DNA of 64,000 nt. Origin: Eledone cirrhosa (lineage: Eukaryota). The stretch lies in the NCBI GenBank assembly GCA_964016885.1, contig OZ024743.1:108996001-109060000 (forward strand), read 5' to 3'. A program made the translations under genes and the position numbers. The notes beneath the pieces are model-generated. The model saw nothing but the letters and a program-made list of their open reading frames with translations, was not told the DNA's origin and made no database searches. Positions within the stretch are counted from its first letter, which is position 1. Each line of letters begins with the position of its first letter. This document shows positions 26,774-39,607 of the stretch, one piece after another.

Positions 26774-27664
26774 CGACGTGTGTCAGAAAAGTTCCAGGAC
26801 TGATGTCACAAAATATTTATTTCAAACCTAAACTTCTCACTAAGAGTGTTCTCCTGTAAAGTAACCCCTCTGGAGTCTAATGCACTTTTCCAACCTTTTT
26901 TGCCACGCTGGCTTGCATTACTGGAAGGATTATTCCGGGATCCTCCGCAGTTCCGTCGTCAGTGCCTTTTTGATGTCGTCCACGTCTTTAAAACGGGTCA
27001 CCTCTGGGTCGTACTTGAAGATCCATGACTCATCACCGTTGATGATTGTCCCTAGCAACTCTGGTTCGGTTTCAAGACGCTCTACAATGTCCTGGCACAC
27101 TTGCATGCGTCGACCCTTCTGGTCATCGTTCAGCAGTTTCGGCACCATCTTCGCGCAGACTTCCGCATGTACAAATCTTCAGTGAGAATCTTCCTGACGC
27201 TGTCCCGATTCATGCCCAGCTCATTTGCCATCAGTCGAACAGTCAGCTGACGATCGCTACGCACCATCTGCCTGACGCACTCAAAAGTTGACCTCAGTCC
27301 TGGTTGTTAAGGGCCTTCCGCTCCTGGGGTCATCTTCCACGTCCTCGCGTCCTTCTTTAAACCTCTTGCACAACACAAAAACACGTGAACGTGACATCGT
27401 CTCATCTCTATACACTTGCTGCAGCGGGGTTTTCCCCAACCGTACCAGAAACATCAAGTTTGTTCCTTGATCTGTGCTAATTGCTTGACGACCTGAAATT
27501 GAGGACATGTATATAAAACTATGAAGAACAAAGTTTGATCGCTGCAGAGAGCTAAGATTACTGTTACATACTCCAGGGAGATTACTTTGAAAGAGAAAAA
27601 CTCTTAGTGTGAAGTTTGGGTTTGAAATAAATCTTTTGTGACATCAGTCCTGGAATACACCTCG
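26774..27664 (-). mobile_element. Internally deleted mariner (Tc1/mariner) DNA transposon
   Basis: Long imperfect TIRs (cgacgtgtgtcagaaaagttccaggactgatgtcacaaaa / ttttgtgacatcagtcctggaatacacctcg), TA flanks, and transposase relics DDPRSGRP, VPKLL and GDESW. Confidence 0.9.
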
Positions 27665-27718
27665 TATATATATATATATATATAGATATTTCCATAACTT
27701 TCTTATTTACGTCTTTCA

Positions 27719-27833
<115 letters not shown>

Positions 27834-27916
27834 TTGTGTGTGTTTGTATATATATATATAATAAAAATTGTATGAGTATGTAGGCGTTCTTTGATTTCTT
27901 TTACACACACACACAT

Positions 27917-27972
<56 letters not shown>

Positions 27973-28287
27973 TTGCATAGTTCAAGAGCAACCAATCTTA
28001 AAGAGAGAGATGGAGATAATAGAGGAGATATGAGAGGAGAATTTGGTGAATTAGTTAGAAGCCAAAGCGTAATGTCATGTCCTCAATGTGCAATATGCAG
28101 TAGAAAGCAGCTAGGTGGCTGGGTTCATCCAGAAGTTAGGTGAACAGAGCTGGAAATATTCATTAGTTAAGCAAAACTAGAACACAAATATCACAAGGAA
28201 GACATTATTAAAAGATTGTCAACATATTTTAGTTTGATGTAAGGAATGTAAAGAATAATAATAATAATATTAATAATAATAATGTCC

Positions 28288-28407
28288 GTTTACAATTGTT
28301 TCGCTACTCCATAAGATATTTCTGGATCAGATGACTATATATCATAATTGATCTGGTTCAGTTGAAAATAATTAACATATTTAAATGACAGAGCGGCTCA
28401 TCGGAAC
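28288..28407 (-). ncRNA. Hammerhead ribozyme with ~100-nt helix II insert
   Basis: GTT-CCGATGA-GCCGCTC...GAGTAGC-GAAA-CAATTG-TA-AAC on the minus strand. Confidence 0.7.
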
Positions 28408-29776
28408 TTCAATGGAATACAAATTAAAATAATGAGATAATGTTACATAATATAATGTTCCATATATTGGTTTTTACTATGGTGTCTTGGTTGCATCAGT
28501 TGTCAGCCATAATCAAGCAGTATTCATCTGTTGAGGCTGCATTGTGTGAGATCTGCCTACGGGTAACAAGATGGCTGCCAAAGGGCATATTTACCTTACT
28601 AATTAGAGGGTGGTTTCAGGGGAAGTAACTTCTCGAGAGATTAGAAATTGTGGGTGTTTATAGTTAAGTGCTAATTTTTTATTTATTTTTAATTGAGAGA
28701 CAATGTAGGGGAGGTAACTTATAATTATCGAGTTGTTCATAGCAATTTAACTTATTAGCTACAAGTAAAAGTGCGGCTACTTGACTAAGTTGGGTCAAAC
28801 ATTCTATTGGTAGAGGTCATGATAGAGTTATGTAATATGCTTCCGTAATACAGAGATCCCAAGATTTTCTTGGTCCATTGAACGGTTGGGCCCTAGCCAC
28901 GATATCCCCTTTTAGTGAGTGTTGTACGTTGTTTAATTTAAGGTTTCTAATGAGCTTAGCTAGCGATGTCGAACATCTGTTGCTAGGGTCTCGGAAGGAA
29001 AAAGAGTGCGCGTTATAGCGTACCTTAAAAGGGTTAGAGGTAGACCCGATATAAGAGCTGGTATTCGAAGCAGTCCTAACCGTGCACCTATAGACTATGT
29101 TGGGTGTCAGGCAGTGTCCATTTAATGGGCATGCATTGGGGTAACGGCAGTTGCAGTTGCTTCTGCGGCTCATTAAAAACCTTAAATTAAACAACGTTCA
29201 ACATTCACTAAAATGGGATGTCGTGGCTAGGGCCCAACCGTTCAATGGACCAAGAATATCTTGTGATCTCTGTATTACGGAAGCATATTACATAACTCTA
29301 CCACGACATCTACCGATTAACGATAGAACGGAGGTAACTATTAGCTGTCAACATCGAAGGGCTAATTCCTTCGCCAATAGAATTTTTGACCAAACTTGGT
29401 CATGTAGCCCCATTTTTACTTGTAGCTAATAAGTTAAATTGCTATGAACAACTCGATAATTATAAGTTACCTCCCCTACATTGTCTCTCAATTAAAAAGA
29501 ATTAAAAAATTAGCGCTTAACTATAAACAGCAATAATTTCTAATCTCTTGAGAAGTTACTTCCCCTGAAACCACCCTCTAATTAGTAAGGTAAATATGCC
29601 CTTTGTTAGCCATCTTGTTACCCATAGGCAGATCTCACACAATGCAGCCCCGACAGATGAATACTGCTTGATTATGGCTGACAACTGTTGAAACGAAGAC
29701 ACCATAGTAAAAACCAATATATGGAACATTATATTATGTAACATTATCTCATTATTTTAATTTATATTCCTTTGAA

Positions 29777-29889
29777 GTTCCGATGAGCCGCGCTGTCTTT
29801 TAAATATGTTAATTATTTTCAACTTAACCAGATCAATTATTGTCTTCTGATCCAGAAATATGATATGGAGTAGCGAAACAATTGTAAAC
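29777..29889 (+). ncRNA. Hammerhead ribozyme with long helix II insert (mirror copy)
   Basis: GTT-CCGATGA-GCCGC...GTAGC-GAAA-CAATTG-TA-AAC; helix III palindrome ACAATTGT. Confidence 0.7.
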
Positions 29890-30014
29890 GGACATTATTA
29901 TTAATAATATTATTATTATTATTCTCTACATTCCTTACATCAAACTAAAATATGTTGACAATCTTTTAATAATGTCTTCCTTGTGATATTTGTGCTCTTG
30001 TTTTGTTTAACTAA

Positions 30015-30115
<101 letters not shown>

Positions 30116-30116
30116 T

Positions 30117-30149
<33 letters not shown>

Positions 30150-30158
30150 TTATATATA

Positions 30159-30240
<82 letters not shown>

Positions 30241-30329
30241 CACATATATATCCACGGTTAGTTGTGGGTTCTAGTCTACATGAGGAACTCAATGTAATCT
30301 ACATGTTGAAAATGTTGTAGTTTTAAACT

Positions 30330-30540
30330 AAATCCCGGAAAACAATAAAACATGAAAAGGAAAACATGAAACAAGTCATGATCCAAGTTAAAACGTTAAA
30401 ACAATGAAATACAAATTCAAGTCATTACGATCGTTTCTAGGTGATAATATTACATCGTACGCATATTTCCCACTCTACTAGCCTAAGTATTGAGGACTCT
30501 GATGCGTTATGGTCCATCTGGTTCCTTACCACAATTCCTT
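30330..30540 (-). mobile_element. PLE pLTR fragment related to 54780-54860
   Basis: Shares cctagaaacgatcgta...aatgacttga.ttt.tatttcattgttttaac with the 3' end of the decayed PLE. Confidence 0.5.
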
Positions 30541-30644
30541 TGTTATATATATATATATGCAAAAGATCTATTTAAATTGTTGGGATACAACAAGTAAATA
30601 TTTTTATAACTGATATAATGCACTCGACAAGTATTATATATATA

Positions 30645-30920
30645 TATATATAAGATCAAAAGATGGTTAAAAGAGTTCCATGTATTTTATTATGCGCATT
30701 TCAAAAACAAATATCATCATGCAATAACATTTGTGTTTTCATCAGATAAAATAGGAATACATGATATGAAGGTTATATGTTGATTTAAAACTGCACTATT
30801 CATATCATGTCTTCCTATTTTATCTGATTAAAACACAAATGTTATTGCATGATGATATTTGTTTTTGAAATGCGCATAATAAAATACATTGAACTCTTTT
30901 AACCATCTTTTGATATTATA
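30645..30920. repeat. ~125-bp-arm inverted repeat, each arm carrying an HHR
   Basis: 30645-30770 is the reverse complement of 30799-30920. Confidence 0.9.
30683..30753 (-). ncRNA. Type I hammerhead ribozyme, intact core
   Basis: TATTTTAT-CTGATGA-aaacacaaatgtt..gatatttgttttt-GAAA-TGCGCA-TA-ATAAAATA: 8-bp stem I and palindromic helix III. The mirror copy at 30816-30886 has CTGATTA. Confidence 0.85.
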
Positions 30921-31010
30921 TATTATGTATACTCCAGTCCTACAAACTGTAGAGTGCTTCTTATCCGATATCTGCATTGCTTTATTGTACTACAATAAAA
31001 CTCACCTCCT

Positions 31011-31097
<87 letters not shown>

Positions 31098-31126
31098 TAT
31101 ACATATATATATATATATCTACATTC

Positions 31127-31200
<74 letters not shown>

Positions 31201-31401
31201 CGTTATTAGGAGTATTCCAAAGCTTGGTAGAACAAGTTGTGAAGAAAGTTCTCAACATACGTTAAGGTGACTCGACAGGTTGGTAGGGATTCTGTAGTGG
31301 AAACACGAACAAACGAGGAGTGTTATCAAAGAACAGAAATAGGACGAAGGTAAACAGTTATAAAATAATTTAATCCACGTATTAACAATTGTTTCATCAT
31401 A

Positions 31402-31471
<70 letters not shown>

Positions 31472-31476
31472 TATAG

Positions 31477-31558
<82 letters not shown>

Positions 31559-31581
31559 ATATATATATATATATATATAAC

Positions 31582-31697
31582 AAAGTTCAAATCCCGCCGA
31601 GGTTGACTTTGCCTTTCATCCTTACAGGGTCGATACAATAAAGTACCAGTAATGCACTGGATAATTGCTGGCCTTGTGCCTAAAGTAGAAACAAATA
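31582..31697 (+). mobile_element. 5'-truncated Meta-domain-type SINE
   Basis: GTTCAAATCCCGCCGAGGTTGACTTTGCCTTTCATCCTTACAGGGTCGATA..AGTACCAG; same internal deletion as the 35926-36118 copy. Confidence 0.8.
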
Positions 31698-32326
31698 TAT
31701 ATATAACAAAATTGCGTAGGACAGAACAAAGGAGAGGCACAAAAACAAAGAAAAGTATCCCCAGTCAATGATGAGGTCACATAATGTGTGACGAAAGAAT
31801 TTGACAATATATAAACAACTATCTGGTTGTGGAACCAACCAACCAACCAGAAATTTATAAATTTATAGATTTATAAATTCCTAAATTTATAAATTTATTA
31901 TAAGAAATTGAAGTGAAAGCAACTGGTGCGTGTGTTTCTTATTGGCAACATGTCCCTCCCGAAGTTTAACAATATTCGTTTCAACACACGATTTCAGATA
32001 AAGAATCTTGCTAAACAAATTAAGAATCGAAATATATATATATCATAAAACATGTCTGTAGAATCACAAGATAAAATATATACTATTTCCTCTCCTAATT
32101 AGCATAATTAACCATATATAAAATCGAATAGACCAGGCTATAAGAATCAGGTTTCTATGAAGAAATCTCCGACAAATAACCGAAACTAGCGCTTCGCGTC
32201 GGCCGTAGCGGAATATTTATCGAATATTTCGACAGCGTAATCGCCCAAATATAGTCAACTAAACAGAATTAGGTGTAAAATAAACTAGGAGATCACTTTG
32301 GAAAATTTAGTGTCTAGATATGAGCG

Positions 32327-32416
32327 AGCTTCCTGATGAATCCGGCGCTCGAGTTTATATAATTATTACATAATTATTGGAAAACTCAAAATACGGACGA
32401 AACCATGGTAGAGGTT
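32327..32416 (+). ncRNA. Type I hammerhead ribozyme, intact, enlarged helix II
   Basis: AGCTTC-CTGATGA-A-TCCG[~50 nt]CGGA-C-GAAA-CCATGG-TA-GAGGTT; helix III palindrome ACCATGGT. Confidence 0.88.
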
Positions 32417-32984
32417 TTAAATGTATTCTATTTTCTCCTAGTTTATTTTACACCTAATTCTGTTTAGTTGACTATATCTGGGCGATTACGCTGTCGTAAT
32501 ATTCGATAAATATTCCGCTACGGCCGACGCGAAGCGCTAGTTTCGGTTATTTGTCGGAGATTTCTTCATAGAAGCCTCATTCTTATAGCCTGGTCTATTC
32601 GATTTTTTATATGGTTAATTATGCTAATTAGGAGAGGAAATAGTATATATTTTATCTTGTGATTCTATAGACATGTTTTATGATATATAGCTCTGATTGT
32701 TTAATTTATTAATTTTTCATCGAGCCACAAAGTGACCAGTTGAAAAACACGTATATGTATATGTATGTATATATATATGTAAACTTTTATATGTAATAAT
32801 CTCCCATTAGGTTGAGATACAAATTTGGCTGTATTGTGCTGTGCTTTCTAGCAAAAATGCCACCAGTCGTAAGCAACTACCACACCCCTTCCAACCTGAC
32901 CGCGACGACGTCACGATTTTAGCCATTTTGAAATGAATTTCTTGGCGCGATCACTTTGGAAAATTTTATGTCTAGATATGAGCG

Positions 32985-33074
32985 AGCTTCCTGATGAATC
33001 CGGCGCTCGAGTTTATATAATTATTACATACTTATTGGAAAATTCAAAATACGGACGAAACCATGGTAGAGGTA
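32985..33074 (+). ncRNA. Type I hammerhead ribozyme, intact (second tandem copy)
   Basis: Near-identical to 32327-32416, 658 nt downstream. Confidence 0.88.
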
Positions 33075-33695
33075 TTTAAATGTATTCTATTTTCTCCTAG
33101 TTTATTTTACACCTAATTCTGTTTAGTTGACTATATCTGGGAGATTACGCTGTCGAAATATTCGATAAATATTCCGCTACGGCCGACGCGAAACGCTAGT
33201 TTCGGTTATTTGTCGGAGATTTCTTCATAGAAGCCTCATTCTTATAGCCTGGTCTATTCTTATAGCCTGGTCGATTTGTTATATGGTTAATTATGCTAAT
33301 TAGGAGAGGAAATAGTATATATTTTATCTTGTGATTCTATAGACATGTTTTATGATATATATTTACTTGTTGTAACCCAACAATTTTAAATAAAACTTTT
33401 GCATATATATTTATATATATATATATATATATATACTTCCCCTTTTTACTTCCCTTTTTCCTTCACTAACTGATTATACTTGTCATTTGTGTTTTCCAAA
33501 CCAGATATATTTTTCATTTTTATTTTTATTTATTTATTTTTGCGCAGCCAATCTTACAATTTTATATTTGTACTTACTTATCCACAAGTTTTTTACACCC
33601 TGTATCAATATGGCTGAACGCCTTAATGTGTGTATACTTTCTATATATGTGCATGAGCGACTACGTATGTGCGCGCGCGTGCGTGTATGTATATA

Positions 33696-33746
<51 letters not shown>

Positions 33747-34548
33747 GTGTATATATATATGTGTATGTATGTGTGTGTATGTATATATTATGCGTGTGTG
33801 TATGTGTCTTTATATCCGTGTTTTGACAGCTAGGTTTTCTGTTTTGTTCCATTTGTCTTCTCCCCCCCCACCTTTTTTTTCTTTTTTTTTTCTACTTACT
33901 CATTTTTATGCGTGTGCATGCAAACAGGTCAATATGAGTGAGTGTAAGTATGTGTGTTGTGTGTGTGTGTATGTACGTATCGAACGTATGGATGTGTAAG
34001 TGTGCGTGTGTATATAAGCATGTATATTTTTGCGTTTCTTTTGTGAGATATGCGTGTGTGTGTATGTATTTCCCCCTTTTTGTCTTCTTTTCTTTAATTT
34101 TTTCTTTCTAAAAACTTTTTTCTTTCTTTTTTATTGTTCCATTTTTATAAATATATCGAGATTGATACTTTCCTTTAATTATTACACTCCCTTACCTCTT
34201 TTACTTCCGCATCTAAGTGTACGTGTGTGAAGGTGTGGTTATGCGCGCGCCTTCATATTCAATTTCTTATGATGTATCTATTCTGTCTGTAGATTACAGA
34301 CATACAGATACATTTGCCCTAAATTTTATATCTACGCACACTTTTTCACTATACGTATACATGTGTGCATACACATATATGCACATCTGTGAGCGTATAT
34401 ACATATATATACACACACCTAACTATATTTCTTGATAAGATTATTATATATTTCAATTTCTAATTCATTTGTCTATATATTTTTTTTTTCTTTTTTTTTT
34501 TCTTGACGAGACTTTCCAAGTATTTACCCATGTTTTATATTGCCTCGT

Positions 34549-34625
34549 CTGACGAACGAATGAAGACGTTTCTTTCGTATTCGCTTCATTCGGGAAACCT
34601 CTGGTAATGAGATAATTATATTGTA
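34549..34625 (+). ncRNA. Degenerate HHR-like motif
   Basis: CTGACGA-A-CGAATGAAG..CTTCATTCG-G-GAAA; stems I and III are poor; homologous to 24431-24510. Confidence 0.45.
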
Positions 34626-34640
34626 TTGATTTTTATACAT

Positions 34641-34709
<69 letters not shown>

Positions 34710-34719
34710 ATATATACAC

Positions 34720-34770
<51 letters not shown>

Positions 34771-35803
34771 CGCGCGTGTGTGTGTGTGTGTGTGTGTGTG
34801 TAAGTGTATACTTCACCTGTTTATGACAGGGTCATCAGCCAAGAAGTAACGTTTCAATAGTATACACAGCATAAATAAAGACGACTCCTGATGGGGCGTG
34901 GGTATTTAATTTAGAAGGTCGTGATTAATATATGGTAGACAGTATAGGAGTAACAGTGGGGAAGGATAGGGCTGTATGACAGAAAAAGGTGTTAATGGGG
35001 GAGAGTGGGCATAGCAATAGAATTTTAACCGATGATGTGTTAGGCCATAGAATTTTTCTGGTTTGATGTGAAGGAATATCTCCACACTGATTGAAGACGC
35101 GTTTTCTACTCTTATCTTCTTCACCTCAAGGAGGGTGTTTCTTTTTTTAAGGACCTCCCAGGCCAAGATTCTCCAGATCTCAAGCGGGATATCTGTAATT
35201 CTGACCTTTATGGTACTTCTTCCCAGGTCCACAGGAGAGAGTATGACAGTGTCTCCCGACAGTTTTTTATGGCCAGGTCCTTTTTTCTGAAAAGCACTGA
35301 AGTAGTATCAAATTGCCTGTCTCTAGCAGTGTGATGGATGCCAGGCAATATAATTTTCAGCGCTCTTTCAACCTCGTAAGGAAGCACATTTGGCAGAGTT
35401 CTTTTGGTAGTTAATGCCAACCTCTCGAACAGGGCGGCTCTATCAGTACACATTTTATCCATTTGGACAAGTTTGGCCGCCTCTGCCAAAGAGGTGTCTT
35501 TGTACAAAACTTCTAAATTGAACAATTGTGTGGCCTTAGCAGCCGCTTTTGTGAAAATGTTGTTGTAGTTCATACTGTAGTTGTTGCTGTTCTTGTTACA
35601 TTACTGTCGTTCTTATTGTTCTTGCCAAACGCTGTTCTCTGTGATATTGTTATTTTTGTTGCTTACTTGTGTTATATTGTTGCATTTGTGTGTTGATGGT
35701 GGTTTTGTTGTCGGTGCTGCTATTTGTGATAGAGTTGATAGTGGTGTAATCGGCCGTGTTCTCGCTAGAATTGTTGTTGCTTTTTGTCGTTATTATTTTC
35801 CTT

Positions 35804-35917
35804 GGTCATATTACGCTGAAAGCAACGGTCTCGTCAGATCACCGAAGTTAAGCAACGTCGAGCCTAGTTAGTACTTAGATGTGTGCCTGCTTTGGAACCC
35901 TAGGTGCTGAAAGCATT
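35804..35917 (+). pseudogene. 5S rRNA-derived sequence (nearly full length)
   Basis: ggtcatattacgctgaaagcaacggtctcgtcagatcaccgaagttaagcaacgtcgagcctagttagtacttagatg matches metazoan 5S; A box intact, C box degenerate. Confidence 0.9.
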
Positions 35918-35925
35918 TACTTTAA

Positions 35926-36118
35926 GGGCGGTTAATTGGCAGTATATGTAGAGGGTCGAACGCCATACTTTCCAGCATAGAGTTAGGCCCCTTTATGGTC
36001 TAAGTTCAAATCCCGCCGATGTTAACTTTGCCTTTCATCCTTACGGGGTCGATAAAATAAAGCACCAGTAATGCACTGAAAAAATTGCTGGCCTTGTGGC
36101 AATAGTAGAAACAATTAT
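35926..36118 (+). mobile_element. tRNA-headed Meta-domain-type SINE fused behind the 5S copy
   Basis: Head aagggcggttaattggcag, B box GTTCAAATCC (36004), core GCCTTTCATCCTTACGGGGTCGATAAAAT, tail gctggccttgtg..agtagaaac. Confidence 0.85.
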
Positions 36119-36544
36119 TTTCTTTGGTTGCTCCTCCTGTGATGGACATACACTTTTTAGTAGTGGGAAATTCGTTTCATAATTTTTCTCCTGCAGTGTT
36201 GTTGTATATCTTGCTGCTGTTGCGGATGCTATTACTATTGCTGCTGCTGCTGTCATTTTTACAATTTGACGCTCTATTTTGCGGATGGCCAGCTCTTTCA
36301 TTCAGCAGCCGTAGTGACCTCGTCCAATTTCTTTCTTTTGTTTAAAGCCAAAATCGAGGGCCGTTTGAGAAGAAAAGTCTACTTTATACCCTTAGAGCTG
36401 CCAGTAGAGATAAACAGCTCACGGTGCTACCGGGTAGGTTAACTATAAATGTATAACAAAATACGTGGAATAACAGTGAAATCAGAACGAACAAAATTAC
36501 GGGGAACGGTGTGAATTAACAATGATTGTGTCTTATATAGGCAA

Positions 36545-36725
36545 TTCTTTTTGAGGGGAAAATCGATTGAATCGACCCAGTGCATTAATGGTGCTTTGTT
36601 TTATCGACCCCGTTAGGATGAAAGACAAAGCTAACCTCGGCAGGATTTGAACACAGAACGTAGAAAAGCCAAAACTCTATGGCGAAATGCATATTGTCAG
36701 ATGCTCTACCAATTCTACCATTAAT
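36545..36725 (-). mobile_element. Meta-domain-type SINE
   Basis: ttttatcgaccccgttaggatgaaagacaaagctaacctcggcaggatttgaac is the reverse complement of the core and B box. Confidence 0.8.
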
Positions 36726-38889
36726 ACTAATTAATTAATACATATTACGCACACAAGGAAGTAACATATTATATCAGGACTAGCATGGATAGTAAATGAT
36801 GTATCTGTTTAGAAGTAATAAATGAACGGATATATCGAAATGTCCATGAGAGACAGTACAGAAATATGGATATGTTAAACTATTGACGACGAAATATTTA
36901 CTGACATTTTAGTAGAGGATCGATGGCTTGTATGACATCATGCTGAATACTATCGAATATTTTAAAGTCCATAACAGGGAATAACAAATATAAACAGACA
37001 AAGGGGGTACATTTCCTAATAAATTTAGAAATTGCATAACACATATTTATCGTTTCAAGAAATGAATATTAATTATCATTTAAGTTCTACATAAATAAAT
37101 ATTTACATATATATATATACATATATGTGTGTGTGTGTGTGTGTATGTGTATCGACACACGAGTATATACATACACACAAAAGTACAGATATACAAAAAA
37201 TACTCATACAAACACACACACAGACGCACATATATATATACATATATACGCACACAGGAAACTCCGTATAGCATAGTGATTCTAGCTATTCATTGCTTTG
37301 AAACAGTATACTGACTGCAAAATTTAGTATATGGTCGGAGATTATCACAATATGTTGCGTATTATCGATTGGATCAATTGAAGTTTTATGCTTGTCAATT
37401 ATATTATCGACCACAATCGAATTGTATAATGAAGCGCGTATGAAGATTGGACATATGTGTTAAGATTATTAGCAGTAGCACTATCACTTTCACAGTATTA
37501 TTTATAATAGAGTTGTACATGTTGCTATATACGTTATGTTTAGTTATAATAAACATATTTAATCACGTTATCAATGATTTATCCATTGATCCTGTTATAG
37601 CTATGTCAGCACACTAATTTTACTGCGACATGAATAAGCTATATTGTATATTTGTGTCCTATAAACATGGAGCCACGTATCCCTTAAAGTATTTTTAAGT
37701 AGTTAGAGCTCTACTGTTTGACGAAGCTGAACATTTGAATTCGTCTATAATTTCACTTGAAATAACATGGCTTATATCCAAACAAAGCTTTCCTAAATGA
37801 CAGCAATGTAATGTGTTAGGTAGTGCTACAAAAAGAAAGACCTCGGGTTTTTGAAGTGAATATATATGGATGTGTATATTTACTCGACCTTCAAAGAAGG
37901 AATTGCAAAGTATTTTATATTTGGGAAACCTAGATTAGTAAACTATAAAAAAAATGTAATAAAGAAAACGCAAACGGTAAAAGTACTATAGAGAGCCACG
38001 AAAATATCAAAATATATGTCAAATGTTTACAGAAAATGTCAACTCAAGATATATAATCCATTTGATGCTACGATCAATTGTACTTATCAGATGTATCTGT
38101 TTCTTAAGAAGAATCAGAAGTTCTTGACACTTTAATCCCAATAGTTTCCTTTATTTCCACCCTCTAAATTAAAAGCAACTGACACCATTTTCTTTTTATC
38201 TCCATTAAATGTTGTTCGTCTTAATAGATTCGGTTTTCTTTAATCTTTTGAGTCGAAAATAATGTCATAATTAAAGAAGAAAGGATATATTTATTTGAAA
38301 ATGAGGTTACATTTCATCACAATCGAGTTTACTGCTCTTTTTCAAACAGACTTAATTTGAAATATCAGTCAACAAAAAGTAATGTGCGTATTTCAAGCAG
38401 TAGTGATGATGTGTGGTAGAAAACTTCTAGTGTTTCGAGTGGAAAATGTTCGTCAAAGAGCGAAGAAATGTTCTAATTGTCCTAGATATATATCCTTCAA
38501 AAGGACTTGAGAACACCTTCAAGGAAGTGCACTGTCAGAAACGTAACACGTCTGTTCTTCCACTGGACATAACATTTCATTCATTTTTAGAATTATACCT
38601 ATTAACAGATTCCTGTAAATTTGCCATGGATTATAAATGTGTATATTTTGATACCTACATATATCGATTTTCACAATTTCTTATTATTATATTAAGGAAT
38701 TCGACTACCTCTTCGTTGTCATTCCCTGAAATTGAATGATGAAAGTGTGAAGCTCGAACTGATCTGAATGTATGTACAATATATATATATATATCGATTA
38801 TAAACTTAATTTCGTTTCATATTTAAACCAGATTAAAAGCACTAACTTGAATTCGTATTGTGACGAGTAGACTAATATTGATTTTTAAT

Positions 38890-39010
38890 TCAACCTAAGA
38901 GTAAAATTGATTAAAACAACTCCCGTATTTATAGTGGTACTTTATTTTATCGTCCCCGGAAATATGAATGACAAAAGTGAACTTGGTGGGATTTGAACTC
39001 GTAAAGAGTC
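38890..39010 (-). mobile_element. Meta-domain-type SINE fragment
   Basis: tggtactttattttatcgtccccggaaatatgaatgacaaaagtgaacttggtgggatttgaactc. Confidence 0.7.
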
Positions 39011-39204
39011 AAATCACAGTCTGTACCACACATCTTTCACTTTCACATGTAGAATATAAGAAATGATACGATTTTTCTGTAGCCAAAACAACTTTATTCG
39101 CTTACATATTTGTGAGACTATGCCTATGTATATAGTAGTTTTAGTGTTCAAATTGAAACTCCAATTCATTAGTATTAGACATCTAGAAGGAATGAATAAA
39201 TATG

Positions 39205-39390
39205 CCTACGCAGTTCTCTGGGTAAGGCTAAGTGTTAGGAGATTCGATTGGACGTCTGACCAAAAATGCACTGGTATTTGTTTTAGCTGAGAGTACTTCC
39301 AATTCGAATCGTACCTGATTCAGTTTAGTCTATCATCATTTAGAGGTCGATAGAAAATGTACAAGTCCATTACTGAGGTCGTTTCTTGTC
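39205..39390 (+). mobile_element. Old Meta-domain-type SINE
   Basis: ttcgaatc..tttagtctatcatcatttagaggtcgatagaaaatgtac. Confidence 0.5.
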
Positions 39391-39563
39391 TTCTATTTCT
39401 CTCTAGGAAGAGCTGTCTATCAATTTCTTTCTCTGATAGTAGTTGACTGAGTTTGTCCTTGTAAACGGATAGGATACCCATGGTTTAAAATTCCCAAAAC
39501 ATACCATATGTCCAGACGGCAGTAATGTAGGGCTCTTATTTATTCCACAAGGACACGCACACA

Positions 39564-39607
<44 letters not shown>

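Larger units (their letters stand above)
32036..33361 (+). mobile_element. Non-coding HHR element with 658-nt period (inverted arm + tandem repeat), retrozyme/non-autonomous PLE-like
   Basis: 32291-32689 is repeated at 32949-33361. 32036-32291 is an inverted copy of the downstream part. No ORF. Confidence 0.8.
34960..36520 (-). mobile_element. Tx1-like ORF1/5' relic, interrupted by a 5S-SINE insertion
   Basis: Minus ORFs NIFTKAAAKA..LAEAAKLV..RDRQFDTTSVLFRKK..KVRITDIP align by eye with ORF1 of copies B and C. Asn/Ser-rich N-terminal sequence lies on both sides of the insertion. Confidence 0.65.

Noticed and set aside
28440-29744. Duplicated 62-aa ORF (MLHNIMFHILV...) on both strands
   Set aside because: Consequence of the inverted duplication of a PLE 3' UTR; it is antisense to the element.
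31852-31902. AAATTTAT-type 8-nt tandem repeat
   Set aside because: Simple low-complexity minisatellite with no spacer structure; not CRISPR-like.
35804-35917. Functional 5S rRNA gene, or Tx1 targeting of 5S (Mutsu-like)
   Set aside because: The 5' end is missing and the C box is degenerate. The TSD shows the 5S-SINE inserted into the Tx1 relic, not the reverse.
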